A stretch of 64,000 nucleotides of DNA from Phaeosaccion multiseriatum (Eukaryota; Protista; Ochrophyta, other classes): contig OZ218950.1 in the NCBI GenBank assembly GCA_965112735.1, positions 2,604,001-2,668,000 on the forward strand. Reading direction: 5' to 3'. Shown here piece by piece: positions 48,601 to 60,863 of the stretch (position 1 is its first letter; each line of letters opens with the position of its first letter). The notes below the pieces were generated by a model. It worked only from the letters and a program-made list of their open reading frames with translations. It was not told the origin of the DNA and searched no databases. A program made the position numbers and the translations under genes.

Positions 48601-51448
48601 TTGGTCACTACCACTTTCGCCTCCTCGTCCTCCTTCAGCCCATCCGTACCATAGATGGGCCCCACGATGAAGTAAAAGCTCCCCATCTCCTCCCCTTCCC
48701 GGATGATGACGTCACCCCTTGTGAAGCGCTTATGCTGGACGTGACGTAACATATTGACCTGTTGCTGCAACTCACACTCCGACAAGTGAAGGTCGGGCAC
48801 CTCCAGCAACACCGCCCTCACGGCAGCCGTGCTTGGGTCTCTGAGCAAGGCCTGATCCTCGACACTCAGCTGGGCAAACTCGCTCAACAGCGCCTTGTCC
48901 TTGGGGCTCAGCTCGGCATACTTCTCGTCGGGCTCCCACCACTGCTGTGCGCGGGCCCGTGCCGCCGCGGCCGCCTCTGCTGCCCGTCGCTGCAGGCTCT
49001 TTCTTGGCGGGGTGGCGGTGAGAGAGACCCACTCTTTGCTTCCCACGGAAACACCCGTATTGGCGGCACCTCCTCCTCCTTCCGTGGTGGCCGGCCCTCC
49101 TCCACCACCACCACCATTGCTGCCATCTGTCAAGGTACCACCACGGTGGCCTCCTCCTCCTCCGCCCGCGCCTGTGATAACGGGAGAGCCTCCCACCGAT
49201 ATCTGCTGCTGATGAAGTAGCTCTGATAAGTGGAAATCGCCCACGCCCACTCCTCCTCCTCCTCCTCCTCCTCCTCCCCGTCCTCCGTCTTCCTCGTCCG
49301 ACGGGAAATCCGCCAGAAAATTCTCCACTTCTACATCCTCGTCGCTGTCATCTGTAAGCCAAGACCCTGTAGAATCTTCGGGAGAGCTGAGCGGCGTGTT
49401 GCCGCCGTACCCCTCACCACCACGGTCGACCGAGCCGTGCGTGTTGAAGCGCGAAGGGGGCAGAGGAGGAACAGGAACAGGCCGCATCACTCCAACACCC
49501 ACACCTTCTTCTCTTCCTCTTCCTCTTCCTCTGGCTCCGGCGGCGGCTGCGTGTGCCCCTCTTCCCGCCCGTGGCGACAGCCGCCTTGGCCCCTCCCCTC
49601 CCCTCCCCCCTCCCCCCCGCCCTTCCTCCCCCGATGGCGTGGCCTCTCCCTGCTCATCGCCGCCCTCTGCCGCCGGAGTGACTCCTCCTCCTAATCCTCC
49701 TAATCCTCCTTCTCCTTGGTCTCCTCCACCTGCTCCTCCTTGAGACGGCGATCCTATCGATCCGACGGCGGCGGGGCTGCAATTACTGTGTGCCCCGGGG
49801 CTGGAGCTGAGGCGCTGAATGGCCATCGCAACAGCTGGCGACGGCGTGGTGTGGGTATCCAACACGAGCATTTTGTACTTGCTCAGCGTGGCCGTGGGCA
49901 GACAGAGGTCGCCTCCGCTGACTCGACCACCATACCCGGCGCCCGCGCTGATGTTGGTGTTGATGATGTCGCTTCCGTCACTCATCGATCCCACACCACC
50001 ACCACCACCACCACCACCACCACCACCATTATCCTGACCGTCGATGCAAGTTTCATCATTTCTGGCGCTGCTTGATGCCTGCTGCTGCTGTATCACCAAC
50101 TGCTGCTGCTGCTGCTGCTGCTGCTGCCCAGGGAGGGGGGCGCCATTCATAGCGGCGAGGGCGCTGACGACTCGCCTATGCATAGAGCCTCGGTTAAGCC
50201 GGCCCGGATGGTTATGAGAATGGTGCTGCAGGTGATGAGGTGGCTGTTGCTGCTGCTGTTGCTGCTGCTGCTTCTGGAGCTTGCCCAAGCTCGCACGTGG
50301 AGGAGAAGCCATGGTGGTTGCAGCAGCGGGACCGGGACCGGGAAGGAGAGAGGTGGGCTGATTTGAAGGGAGGATGCTCGTGCTGCCGGTGCCTCGCGTC
50401 TCCTCCTCCTCCTCCTCCTCGTCCTCCACAGGGGAGAGAAGTGTGGGGAGGGGGAGGGGGCAGGACACGTGTTGACCGCCGTCACACTCGGGCTGCAGTT
50501 GCGTGTGCTGTCGCTGGATCCAAGACAGCGGCTCCTGTGGCTCCTGCCTGTGCTCCCCATCCTCCTCTTCCGCCGCCTCCTTTTGGTCCTCCTCCTCGTC
50601 GTCGTCGTCCTCCTCCTCCTCCTCCTCCTCCTCCTCCTCCTCCTCGTCTTCGGAGCCCGAAGCATTGAGCCAGCGCTGCACTGTCCTGGCATGCAATTGC
50701 GACGCGGTCGGATTGTCTAGGAAGGAGCCGGCACTCAGTGGCCCAGCCTCTTCTTCCTGCTGCTGGCTCTCCTGCTGCGGCTGCCGTTTCACCAACTGCT
50801 GCTGACTGGTATGAGGACTGGTACCGGGAGCGCGGTGTCCAGCGGCCTTTGCCGTCGTCGGTACAGCACCCGCAGCACTCACACTCGTGGCGGCAGATGG
50901 AGCCTTCTGCTGCCTTCTAAGCGACACCGCAGCCGCGGCACCTCCATCTCTTCGTGTGTGCTCCTCGACTGTTCCTTCTCCTTCGTCGTCTTGGTCATGG
51001 CCCCCCTCCTCCCCACCATCCCCTCCGCCAGCTTCGTCATCGTCTCCATCGCTGTCCATGTCCGCCAGGAAGGACGCCACCTCCGCTGGCAACTTTCTGC
51101 TCTTGCTTTCCCAGTCCAACCCCCCCCCCCCCCCTCCCTCCTCCTGCGCTTGCCCCTGGTTCCCCTGCTGCCGCTGCTGTATCACCAACTGCTGCTGCTG
51201 TACATTGAGGGCACCAACAGTAGCTCCGCCCCCACTTGCATCCCCTGTTGCTCGCAACTGGAGTGGTGGTGGTGGTGGGAGGGGGCCCCCTTCTCCTCCT
51301 TGCTCTTCGTCGCTATCTTCGTCGAGCCAAGTCTGCATGGAAGGAGACACGGGGCCTCGACTCAGAATGGAGAATTCACGAGCAGTAGGACCAAGAGCGG
51401 GGGCGCTTCTGATAACACTTCCCGTACTACTACTGCTGCTGCTGCTGT

Positions 51449-51491
<43 letters not shown>

Positions 51492-51792
51492 CCTCACATG
51501 CTGAGCAGCACCACTGACGACCGTCTTCTTGACAACGCTTCCCGTGTCTCTGCTGACACAACCACTGCTACTGCCGCTGCTGCTGATGCTCTTCCGCTGC
51601 TGCCCCCCCCCTCTACCGCCCCACCCCAAGCCTTGACCGCTCGCCCCCTCCCCCCCCTCCTCTCCATCAGATTCATCTGACTCCAGCCACGCCCGCATTG
51701 CAGTCTGAGCCTGAGACGTCTCCCCGTCGCCAGCCTGTTGCTCCTGCGCGTCCGGATCCTGCCGCTGGAGAGGCGAAGAGGAGGAAGGCCTC

Positions 51793-51823
<31 letters not shown>

Positions 51824-51944
51824 TGTTGGTGCTGGGGGCAGCAAGGGTTGCAAAAGAAGTCACAGCAGTAGCAGGTGTGGCGGGCGTACGAGACTGTGTG
51901 CCCACGCCCCCCGGCGTGTGGGGCTCTCGCTGATGTATCACCAA

Positions 51945-51994
<50 letters not shown>

Positions 51995-53429
51995 GACGGC
52001 AGGGTGCTACCCCGGAGGCCCCCAAGTCGTATCGAGAGCTCCTGGCAGCAGCAGCAGCAGGGACGGCCGCGGCGGCGTCAGCACCATGGTCGGGGGTTGG
52101 TGGGAAGCTCTCCTCCTCCTTCCCCTCCTCCTCGACGTCGCTGTCGTGGTCCAGCCACGCCTCTGCGTCCGCCCGATCCGATTCGTGGTCCCTCTCGTGG
52201 ACAAAAGACCCGCGGCGGCTCGGACAGGGGCTCCCCGCGGGACTGAGGATGAGCGTGGCAAGGGCGTTGAACACCCCCTCCTTCTCCTCCTCTCCTGTGG
52301 CCTCCCCCTGTGTCACCAACTGCTGCTGCTGCTGTTGTATCACCAACTGCTGCTTCTGCTGTTGCGGGCGGTGATGCTCGACCCCCTTGGGGCCTTCTTT
52401 GGATCTATCAGCACTCCCCTTCTGATTCACTTGTATGTTCTCGAGTTCTTGTGTAAGTAGATTTGATGGCGAGTCTCGTCGCCGATGCAAAAGGACCCTA
52501 TCTTCACCCATGAAGACCTCTCGCTGGTGCTCGCCCTCGCCGGTGGATGTAGTCTCTCCCTCCTGTCCCTCCAGCCCACCCCCTTGTCTTGAGTCTGCCT
52601 TGTTGGCCAGCAAGCGGAGCACCTCCATAGCATTTCTTCCCCATGCGTCTGACAGGACCACAGTGTCTTGCTTTCGATGTACCCACCCTCCTCCTCCTCC
52701 TCCGACTACAACTGCTGCCACTCCGATTGGAATTCCCTGGCGTGGCTTGCGCGGGGTTGGGCTCACTGTCCTGGCCCTCATGCAAGCCATGCTTGACCTC
52801 CTTGTAAGGCGTGGTTGCCCCGCTGCTACCATGGGTGTCTCCCTCCGTGCGGGTCTCGCTGCCGGTTTCCCGCCCACAACGCCCGCCGCCGTCACTCTCC
52901 TCAGGCGCGGCTGCTGGCAGGGGGTCATGTCCTTCTGCTCAACGGCCCGTCCCATGGGGTGTATCACCACCGTCTCCCTCCGGTCTGCCCTACCTCCCAA
53001 CATACCGTGTACAGTCGATCCCGCATCTGCGTGTTGCTCTCCTCTGCTCACAGAGCCTGGTGTGCCGCTGACGCCGGACTGCCGGCCGTCTCCACTGTCT
53101 CCACCTCCACTCCGCCCGCCGTCCCCGGTATTATCCTCGTCGTCTTTATATTCCTGGACTTTTCCCCCAACGACGCCCTCGTCTTCACCCTCGGTATCGG
53201 AGTCGTGGTTAAGCCAACCGCCGCTTTCCTCGACCCGCTTGTAACTGGCAGGTCCTTCAGTTGCTGCTCCCGCTGGACCCTCTGCACTTCCTGCCTTTCC
53301 TACCACATCCCTACCCCTGCTTTTTTGTTTGCCCCCACCCGCTGCTGCCGCCGCCGCTGCTGCAGCAGCAGCTGCTGCTGCAGTCGCTGTGCGGGGGGGG
53401 GGTGGTTGGGGAAAGCTCAAGCTTTCCAT
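38629..53429 (-). CDS. Giant signalling protein: two cyclic-nucleotide-binding domains + CAMKK-like Ser/Thr kinase + PP2C phosphatase (~4,094 aa)
   Basis: cNMP motifs [10 protein letters not shown]...RSASIKA and [21 protein letters not shown]. Kinase motifs [51 protein letters not shown] and [11 protein letters not shown]2C motifs [43 protein letters not shown] and GDNCS. Exons 53429-48108, 47690-47541, 47364-47266, 46890-46462, 46087-45953, 45603-45406, 44981-44451 and 44049-38629 are each a multiple of 3. Confidence 0.85.
44212..44435. repeat. Degenerate (CAA)n/(TTG)n microsatellite in the last intron of the kinase-PP2C gene
   Basis: About 220 bp of caa/cag/cta triplets. Confidence 0.95.
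47730..47990. repeat. (GTAG)n/(CTAC)n tetranucleotide repeat, intronic
   Basis: ggtaggtaggtagg tract; the source of spurious YLPT ORFs. Confidence 0.95.
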
Positions 53430-54108
53430 CCCTTGCAACTTGTCTTTTATTTAGCAGTCGCTGCGATTTGTGCAGGAACGAAGAGACAGGGGAGAGAAAG
53501 CATCACGTCTGGAGGTGGGAAACGCCAGACGCCTCGACTCTTCTCTCTTCTTTGTAATAAGCGTAACTTTAACTTCGAAGGAAAAGGGAGGAGGGGGGTA
53601 AAAGTAAAAAATAACGTGAGGAGGAGATGGAGGATTGGAGGAGTTTCACAATTCTCTTATCGTTTCAGCCCCATGCAGGCCTAACGACACAAACACACCT
53701 GGAGGCCTATTTGGGAAAATTGCCCGGCCTAGCGAGGGCCGTAGACCCTCGGCCTATTTATATGCCGCCGCCTAGGGCAGACGCCAACTAGGCGGACGGT
53801 GGGAGTGCCCAGAGTGCAAAGAGTAGTCAGTTTTAAGCAAAGGGAAGGAGGTGGAAGGGAGGAGTAGATTTGGTTCGTGTTGTCTCTTTCCGGCTCGCTG
53901 GCCCTGCGAGGAGTGCAGGCCTACAGGTTTGCTGCTACCCACTGGCTGGGCGGCACCACGCACGCGCCCACGGTCACTGGGAGGCTGCCTAGAGGGGGGC
54001 TAGAGGCCTCCTAGGACTGAAAAGTTAGCGGCCTAGAGCAAAACCGCTAGGCGTGCATGGGGCTGATGATATCGTACATACTACTACGCGAAGTACTACA
54101 CACTACTA

Positions 54109-57100
54109 CTACGCAATGCCGCCCTTCTTCACAATCTGCACAATGTCTTCGTCATTAAGCCGGTGATCCTTGCCCACCTGCAGCAGCCGCCCCCGAGCCA
54201 AAGGGAAGGAAGGAAGGAGGGAAGGAAACAGAGTGTGAGTGGTTAGGGCCGGGTCCCGACCAGACCTTGCAAAGGCAGCAAGTAGCATTGTTGGTGATAC
54301 AAGCAAAATAGCCCAAGTAGCTGCTGTTGATACTTGAATCAGGGGGCAGGAGTAGCCGCGGCCGCGACGGGAGCGAAGGGGGAGTGGGGGAGGCACTGAC
54401 TCTACAAGCACATACTCAAGTAAGTAAGTTAATGATGGGCCATTAACTGGCAGAGGTCCAATTTACACCAAGAACCACCTTACTAACCCTCAAACCCTCA
54501 AATCACCAACTGGTCTCCCACCCACCTTTTGCGGTTGATGCTTGACGCTTGTGCCCCACACCCACGCGTGCTTGAGTTGGCCCTCGATCATGATGGAGCG
54601 GTGGATGCGATTGCAGAACATCTCAATGGAGGGGGACGAGTCATGAAGAATCACCGGCTGTGGATAGGGCGGGGATAAAGAGAGATGCGAGAGATTGACA
54701 GATAGATCGAGAGATAGACAGATAGGTAGGTAGGTAGGTAGGTAGGTAGGTAGATGGGTGGGTAGACAGATAGACAGATCGAGAGATAGGTAGATAGGTA
54801 CATAGATCGATCGATAGACAAACAGAGAGACAGATAGATAAAGAGGGTCAGTTCGGTCGGTGAGTTGGTTGGTTGGTTGGTTGGTTGGTAGGTTGGTAGG
54901 TTGGTTGGGTTGGCACATCACAACACACACACATCAGGTAAAGACGCAGAGAAGAGGCACGGGCGCAGAAGAGACAGGCAAGCAGGCAGGCAGGCCCGTA
55001 GGCAGGCAGGCCCGTAGGCAGGCAGGCCCGTAGGCAGGCAGGCCCGTAGGCAGGCAGGCCCGTAGGCAGGCAGGCCCGTAGGCAGGCAGGCAGGTAGGCA
55101 GGCAGGCAGACAGGCAGGCAGGCAGGTAGGCAGGCAGGCAGGTAGATAGGCCGGCAGGCAGGCAGGCAGGCAGGTAGATAGGCAAGCGGAGGGAGGGATC
55201 AGTACGAGAGGGACAAGGTAAGGCCCAACAAAGACAGGGAACGGTCGATCGATCTTCGTCTAAGCACAAGCACACGTGATGATGATGATGATGACGGTGA
55301 GGAAGGGTAGGTGAGTGCAGGGCGGGCTTTGAGATTGCCGGTGACCACGACGCACACCACACCACACCTTCCTCGTCCCACGACTCGTCCCACGAGGGAG
55401 ACCAGCCCGTGAGTGGGTGCGTGAGTACGTGCATGAGTGCAGTGAGTCAGTGGAAAGGCAAGCGTCTCTCGCCTCCCTCCCTCCTCCGGCTCGAAGTTGC
55501 ACTTGCGCATTGAAATATTGCACTTTGAAGTTGCACTTGCATTCCAAGCCAACAAACGAAAGAACGAACGAACCAACGCACCTCATTGTAGTCCGGGATC
55601 TGCCCCTTGGGCTTGGTGTATATTCGCAGCATGTTGCAGTACTCCCAGATCAGCTCCAGCAGCTCGTCCTGGCAGGGAGAGGCGGGGGTGAGAGAGAGAG
55701 TGGGAGGGGAGGGAAGGGGAGAGAGAGGGAGAGAGGGAGATAAATGCGGACATAGAGAGGGGGTGGGGGGGGAGATGAAGAGGTAGAGACAGAGGGGAGA
55801 GGGGGAGAGGGGGAGAGAGAAAGCGAGCGCGAGAGTCAGAGACAAAAGAGATATGGAGAGAGAGGGGCAGAGATGGAGCGAGGGGGGGGAGGGAAGAGAG
55901 AGAGAGAGACACGTAAGACACATGATTGAGGCATGCGGCTTGACGAAGCGGTGGGAAGAGGGGGTGTGGCTGACAGCGAACGGGCGGCGGCTTGATTAGG
56001 CTCTGACCCACTACGACAGAAATGTCAGCCCCACGCAAGGCCCAACACTACCACTCTCTCCCTCCACCCCTCCCCTCTCTCCCTCCACCCCCCTCCCCTC
56101 TCTCCCTCCACCCCTCCCCCCCGCATATCCTCATGCTCTCCACTTACAATGTTCCAGCCGTGAGCCGCACTGATGGGCACGTGGTGGGGGATCTGGCAAA
56201 TAATGTCGAGCTCCTACAGAGACAATCATAAAAAAAAGAAGAGGGGGCGGTGGTGGTGGGGGTGGTGGGGGTTGTGAGTGGAGCAGAAGGAGAGGGAAGG
56301 GTGGGAATGAGAGGAGGGCAGAGTAGGTGGAGGAAGGCGTACCCCTTCCCCTTGCCCTTCCTCTGACCCGGACCCTGACCTGCGGACGCTTCCCCTTGTC
56401 GTTCCCCTTCTCGCTCCTCTCGTCCTTGCCCTTACCTCCCCCTCACTCTCCTCGACCCGTAACCGCCCTCTTCTTCTTCTTCTTCTTCCCCTATGCCTTC
56501 CCTGACCCTTACCCTGATGGTGAGCTAGACCCACACCCTGCTCACCATCGACCGTCACCCTCAATCCTACCCTCACCTCACCCTCTCCCTTATCCTCCCC
56601 CTCCCCCTTCCCCCTACCTTCACCCTCACCCTCATCCCCACCCTCAGCCTCAGCCTCACCCTCACTTTCATCCTCACCATCAACCTCACCCTCAGCCTCA
56701 CCCTCACTTTCATCCTCACCCTCACCCTCAGCCTCACCCTCACTTTCACCCTCACCCTCACTTTCATCCTCACTCTCACCCTCACTTTCATCCTCACCCT
56801 CAGCCTCACCCTCACTTTCATCCTCACCCTCAGCCTCACTCTCACCCTCATCCTCACCCTCGCCCTCAGCCTCAGCCTCACTTTCACTTTCATCCTCACC
56901 CTCACCCTCACCCTCATCCTCATCCTCATCCTCATCCTCACTTTCACCCTCACCCTCATCCTCACCCTCACCCTCCTCCTTCCCCTTCCTCTTACCTCTA
57001 TGGTGAGCTGGTCGATCTTGTTCATGACGTAGAGGCAGGGCATGTACTTACGGTTACCCTCCACCACGTCGATGAACTGGTCCACCTGTTGGGAGGGACG

Positions 57101-58040
57101 TAAGTCAATGAATGATGGGCGAAGCGGCAGTCAATGACATCATGGCCCACCAGAAACCCTCGCTCTCTCAAGACCCGCGTGGCCAATAGCGTATAGGCTA
57201 AAGATCAAAGAGAAAGTCATTGCCAGAGAGCCCCTGCCATCTACTGCCATCCATCCCCTCCCTTCCCTTCCCCTGCCATCCACTGCCATCCACCCCCTGC
57301 CATCCATCCATCCACCCCCTGCCATCCATCCATCCCGTGCCATCCATCCATCCCGTGCCATCCATCCCGTGCCATCCATCCCCTGCCATCCCTATGGGAT
57401 ACTCAGTCTTGACACACACACACACACACACCGTTATGTCCTCTTTTAAGATGACGTCAACGTTGTGTAGCTTGTACTCTCGGAGGATGCTCGTCACCAG
57501 CTCCTTCGTCAAGTTTGACTGAAGGAAAGGGATGGCGGGAGGGAGGGAGGGAGGAAGGGAGAGAGGGAGGGAGGGTGAGGGAGAGAGGATGAGGGAGAGA
57601 GGGAGGGTGAAGGAGAGGGGGGGGGGGAGAGAGGATGAGGGAGAGAGAAGGGAGATGGAGTGTACGGGGAGATGTTGAACGAGGGAGGAAGGGGAGGAGA
57701 TGAGGAGGAAGGGAGGGGAGGAGAGGAGGAGGGAGATGTCCGAGCAAAAGTGGGGGAAGGGGTAGTGGAGTCGGGGGAGCTACTATACACTGGGTGGAAG
57801 GCAACAGCAGCGGAGAGCAGGTGAGAAAGGGACGGGAGAATATGCCAGTATGTCGTCTATCTAGCTGTCTGTCTGCCTGCCAGCCTGCCAGACTGTCTGC
57901 CTGCCTCTCTGCCTGCCTGCCTGTCTGCTTGTCTGCCGGCCCGCTGCCTACCGGCCTGCCTGCTTACCTGTCTGCCTGTCTGTCTGCCTATCTGCCTGTT
58001 TGCCTGTCTGTCTGTCTGTCTGTCTGCTTGCCTGTCTGCC

Positions 58041-58073
<33 letters not shown>

Positions 58074-58365
58074 GCCTGTCTTTCTGTCTGCCTGTCTGCC
58101 TGTATGTCTGTCTGTCTGTCTGTCTGTCTGCCTGCCTGTCTGTCTGTCTGTCTGCCTGCCTGTCTGCCTGTCTGCCTGTCTGTCTATCTGTCTGCTTGCC
58201 TGCCGGCCCGCTGCCTGCCTCACTCACCTGCGGGACTGCTTCTTGGTAATTCAGGCCTCCCTTCTCCTTTCTCCGGAACACCACGTTGGGCTCCGTCTCG
58301 TTCAATCTGCGACAGGACGACATACGTCACACCACCACACGACACAAACACAAAGACACACACAT

Positions 58366-58415
<50 letters not shown>

Positions 58416-59616
58416 ACACACACACACACACGACACACACACAGCACACGAGGTTGGACATCATAACGTCGTTATCTTCCCGTCTCGCCCTCCCACTGCG
58501 TGTGCGGGTGGGTGGGTGGGTGAGGGCAAGAAGCATGAATATTCCACTCCACAGTGATGCGGTGTACGCCAGCTGTGAGGGTGTGAGTGGTAAGGTAGGT
58601 GTGCGTTTGTTTCGTCTGCTTCTTCTTCTTCTTCTTCTTCTTCTTCTTCTTCTTCTTCTTCTTCCTCCTCCTCCTCCTCCTCCTCCTCCCCCTCTTCCTC
58701 CTTCTCCTCCTCCCCCCCCTCCTCCTCCTCCCGCATACCTGATGCCGAACCCGTCAAGCTCCTTCTCGATGATCTGTTTGTGCCTCATGGACTTCATAGC
58801 GTCGAGGCAGATGAGAAGCATGTTGCACGTGCGTGCGGTGGCGATGACCTGTCTACCGCGGCCTTTCCCGTCCTTGGCCCCTTCAATGATACCCTTGGAG
58901 GAAGGGAGCATTCCGTGGAACATTCGGAACATGCCGTGGAACATTCCGTGGAACCATGCGGTCGATTGCAGTACGCACGCACGGAAAGAGGAACCAAAGA
59001 CACACACATACACGCGTTGTGTTAGGTACGTAGCTACCTACTATCCCCTCTCCTCTCCTATTTTGTACTGTTCTTACCGGTAGATCGAGCATCTGGATCT
59101 TTGCTCCTCGGTAGGTTAAGGTACCTGCAAAACAGCAGAGTAGAGCAGTTGGTGATACAGAGCAGGGCAGAGCAGAGCAGAGCAGTGTCGGCAGCGTCAA
59201 GAGAGAGAGAGGGAGCACAGCACAGCAAGACGCGCGAAGAAACTGTGCACGCATACTAGAGTAGTTGAGGTAACCACGCCGTGGGGGCGATATGAATAAA
59301 GTGGAGCAAGGAGAGATGCATGTTTGTGTAAAGCGAGCACACATTCTCGTGTGAATGTGTCGCCTATGGTCGTGTGACGTACCAGGTGTGGCGACAAGTG
59401 TGGTGAATTCGTACTGTTCGTGGATGAGGAGGGAGGAGGAGGGACGCGAGGGAGAAGGAGGGGCGGGGGGAGGGGACAGGCGGGGCAGGGGGGATGGGGG
59501 GTGGGTGAGGGCGGACTGTGAGTGCAGCAACGGGGAGGCTGCAGATGCACACACATAATACTCACATACACAAACACACACCTATACACACATACTCACA
59601 TACACAAACACACACA

Positions 59617-59659
<43 letters not shown>

Positions 59660-59672
59660 AAACACACACACA

Positions 59673-59710
<38 letters not shown>

Positions 59711-60451
59711 GCAGCGGCCTCTGAGTAAGTGCCCGTCAGCTTGGTCAGGAGAGTGGACTTGCCCACACTTCATGGCGCGATGCATGGCCATGACGGTGGT
59801 GCCGGAGGATGGCAAAGGAGGAGCAAAGGAGGGGGGGCGGGGTAGGATCGGGGTCAGCGCGATGCATGGCGTAAAGGGGGTGAGGGGCGATGCCAAGGAG
59901 GACCAAAGGAGGGAAGGACGGTATCAGTTCTCCTTCCACAGAGAGGCTCTCGGACGACAAGCTCCCCACACTGAGCGGCCCAGGCATGGCCACCTTGTCC
60001 CGTCTTACGTCTCACCTTGGAAAGCCCACGAATCCGATGCGCGTATCTCCTGTCTTGGATACCTCGAAGCCTCTACCCCCTCCTCCCCCTCCCCCCTTGG
60101 CTGACGATGCATCGATCAGCTCTCGCTTTAGCTTGGCGATCTTCGCCTTGATGAGCCCCAAGTGGCTGTTGGTGGCTTTGTTTTTTTGTGTCCGAGCATA
60201 CTGGAGGCAGAATAGGGAGGGCGGTGACGTGAGGAGGGGGGGAGGGGGAACAAGAAGGCGCAGTGCTGGAGCTGGAGGCTTTGCGCCCTCAACAGGACGA
60301 CGCGGGCAGCATTCGAGCCCCAAGACCTCTGGCTAAGATTCTCACGGCTGTTCTACGATCGTGAGATGCCACGAGTGCAGTCACAAGCGGTGTTGTCTCC
60401 TCTCGCTCTCCCTCTCTCTTTTGTTACTCTCGTCTCTCTTTTGTTACTCTC

Positions 60452-60496
<45 letters not shown>

Positions 60497-60714
60497 TCAT
60501 CCTCTCTCCCTCTACCTCTCTATCTCTCTCTTTCTCTCTGTCTCTCACACTCTTCCTCCCTATCAGTTCTTCCCCGGTCCATGTACAAAGGTGATGTCCC
60601 CCCTCCCCCCTTCCCTCCAAGTTTGTGGGTAATTGCTGAGCTCGGCTCACGTTCTCCCCTGTCATTCCTCACCTCAGCCTCCAGCGCCGCAATCTTCTCC
60701 TGGATAGGGTCCAT
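54109..60714 (-). CDS. DRG1: Developmentally regulated GTP-binding protein (OBG family, DRG1-like)
   Basis: [14 protein letters not shown]|[33 protein letters not shown]|[21 protein letters not shown]|[36 protein letters not shown], and the TGS domain [12 protein letters not shown]|[18 protein letters not shown]; ends TAG TAG TAG. About 13 small exons. Confidence 0.95.
54977..55175. repeat. (GGCA)n tract containing a 16-bp minisatellite GGCCCGTAGGCAGGCA
   Basis: About 5 tandem copies of ggcccgtaggcaggca within a DRG1 intron. Confidence 0.9.
56572..56975. repeat. Hexamer minisatellite (CCTCAC/CCTCAT/CCTCAG/TTTCAT)n; reads (GTGAGG)n on the DRG1 sense strand
   Basis: About 400 bp of 6-bp units next to the donor at ~56994; the source of spurious HP and VR ORFs. 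Confidence 0.95.
57865..58220. repeat. (CTGT/CTGC)n tetranucleotide repeat in a DRG1 intron
   Basis: ctgtctgtctgcctgt tract of about 350 bp. Confidence 0.95.
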
Positions 60715-60863
60715 GTCTGCTTATCCCGAGTAGCTAAGCGCAGCCTGTAAGGGAGAGAGGAGGAGGGAGAGAGGGGTTCATTACGTAAGATTCTCACCGC
60801 AAAGTGCCATTTGCCCCATCTCTCTCTCTTCCCCCCCGTATCTCTGAGACTTTGAGCTTTGCG

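Larger units (their letters stand above)
11054..59165. repeat. Dispersed short repeat family CTGCTG-TATCACCAA-CTGCTG (the span covers all copies)
   Basis: Exact TGTATCACCAAC core (either strand) near 11054, 12793, 14866, 24427, 36935, 41676, 45385, 50085, 51174, 52332, 54290 and 59143. Degenerate copies near 22147, 24507, 29177, 41562, 48491, 50781, 51930 and 52308. Confidence 0.9.

Noticed and set aside
56327-57103. His/Pro-rich 258-aa ORF (extensin- or metal-binding-like)
   Set aside because: Translation of the hexamer repeat inside a DRG1 intron, on the antisense strand.
11054-59165. TATCACCAA motif as a CRISPR repeat or phage lambda operator half-site
   Set aside because: Copies are irregularly dispersed without spacers or cas genes, in a eukaryotic context; the TATCACC resemblance is short and lacks operator dyad symmetry.
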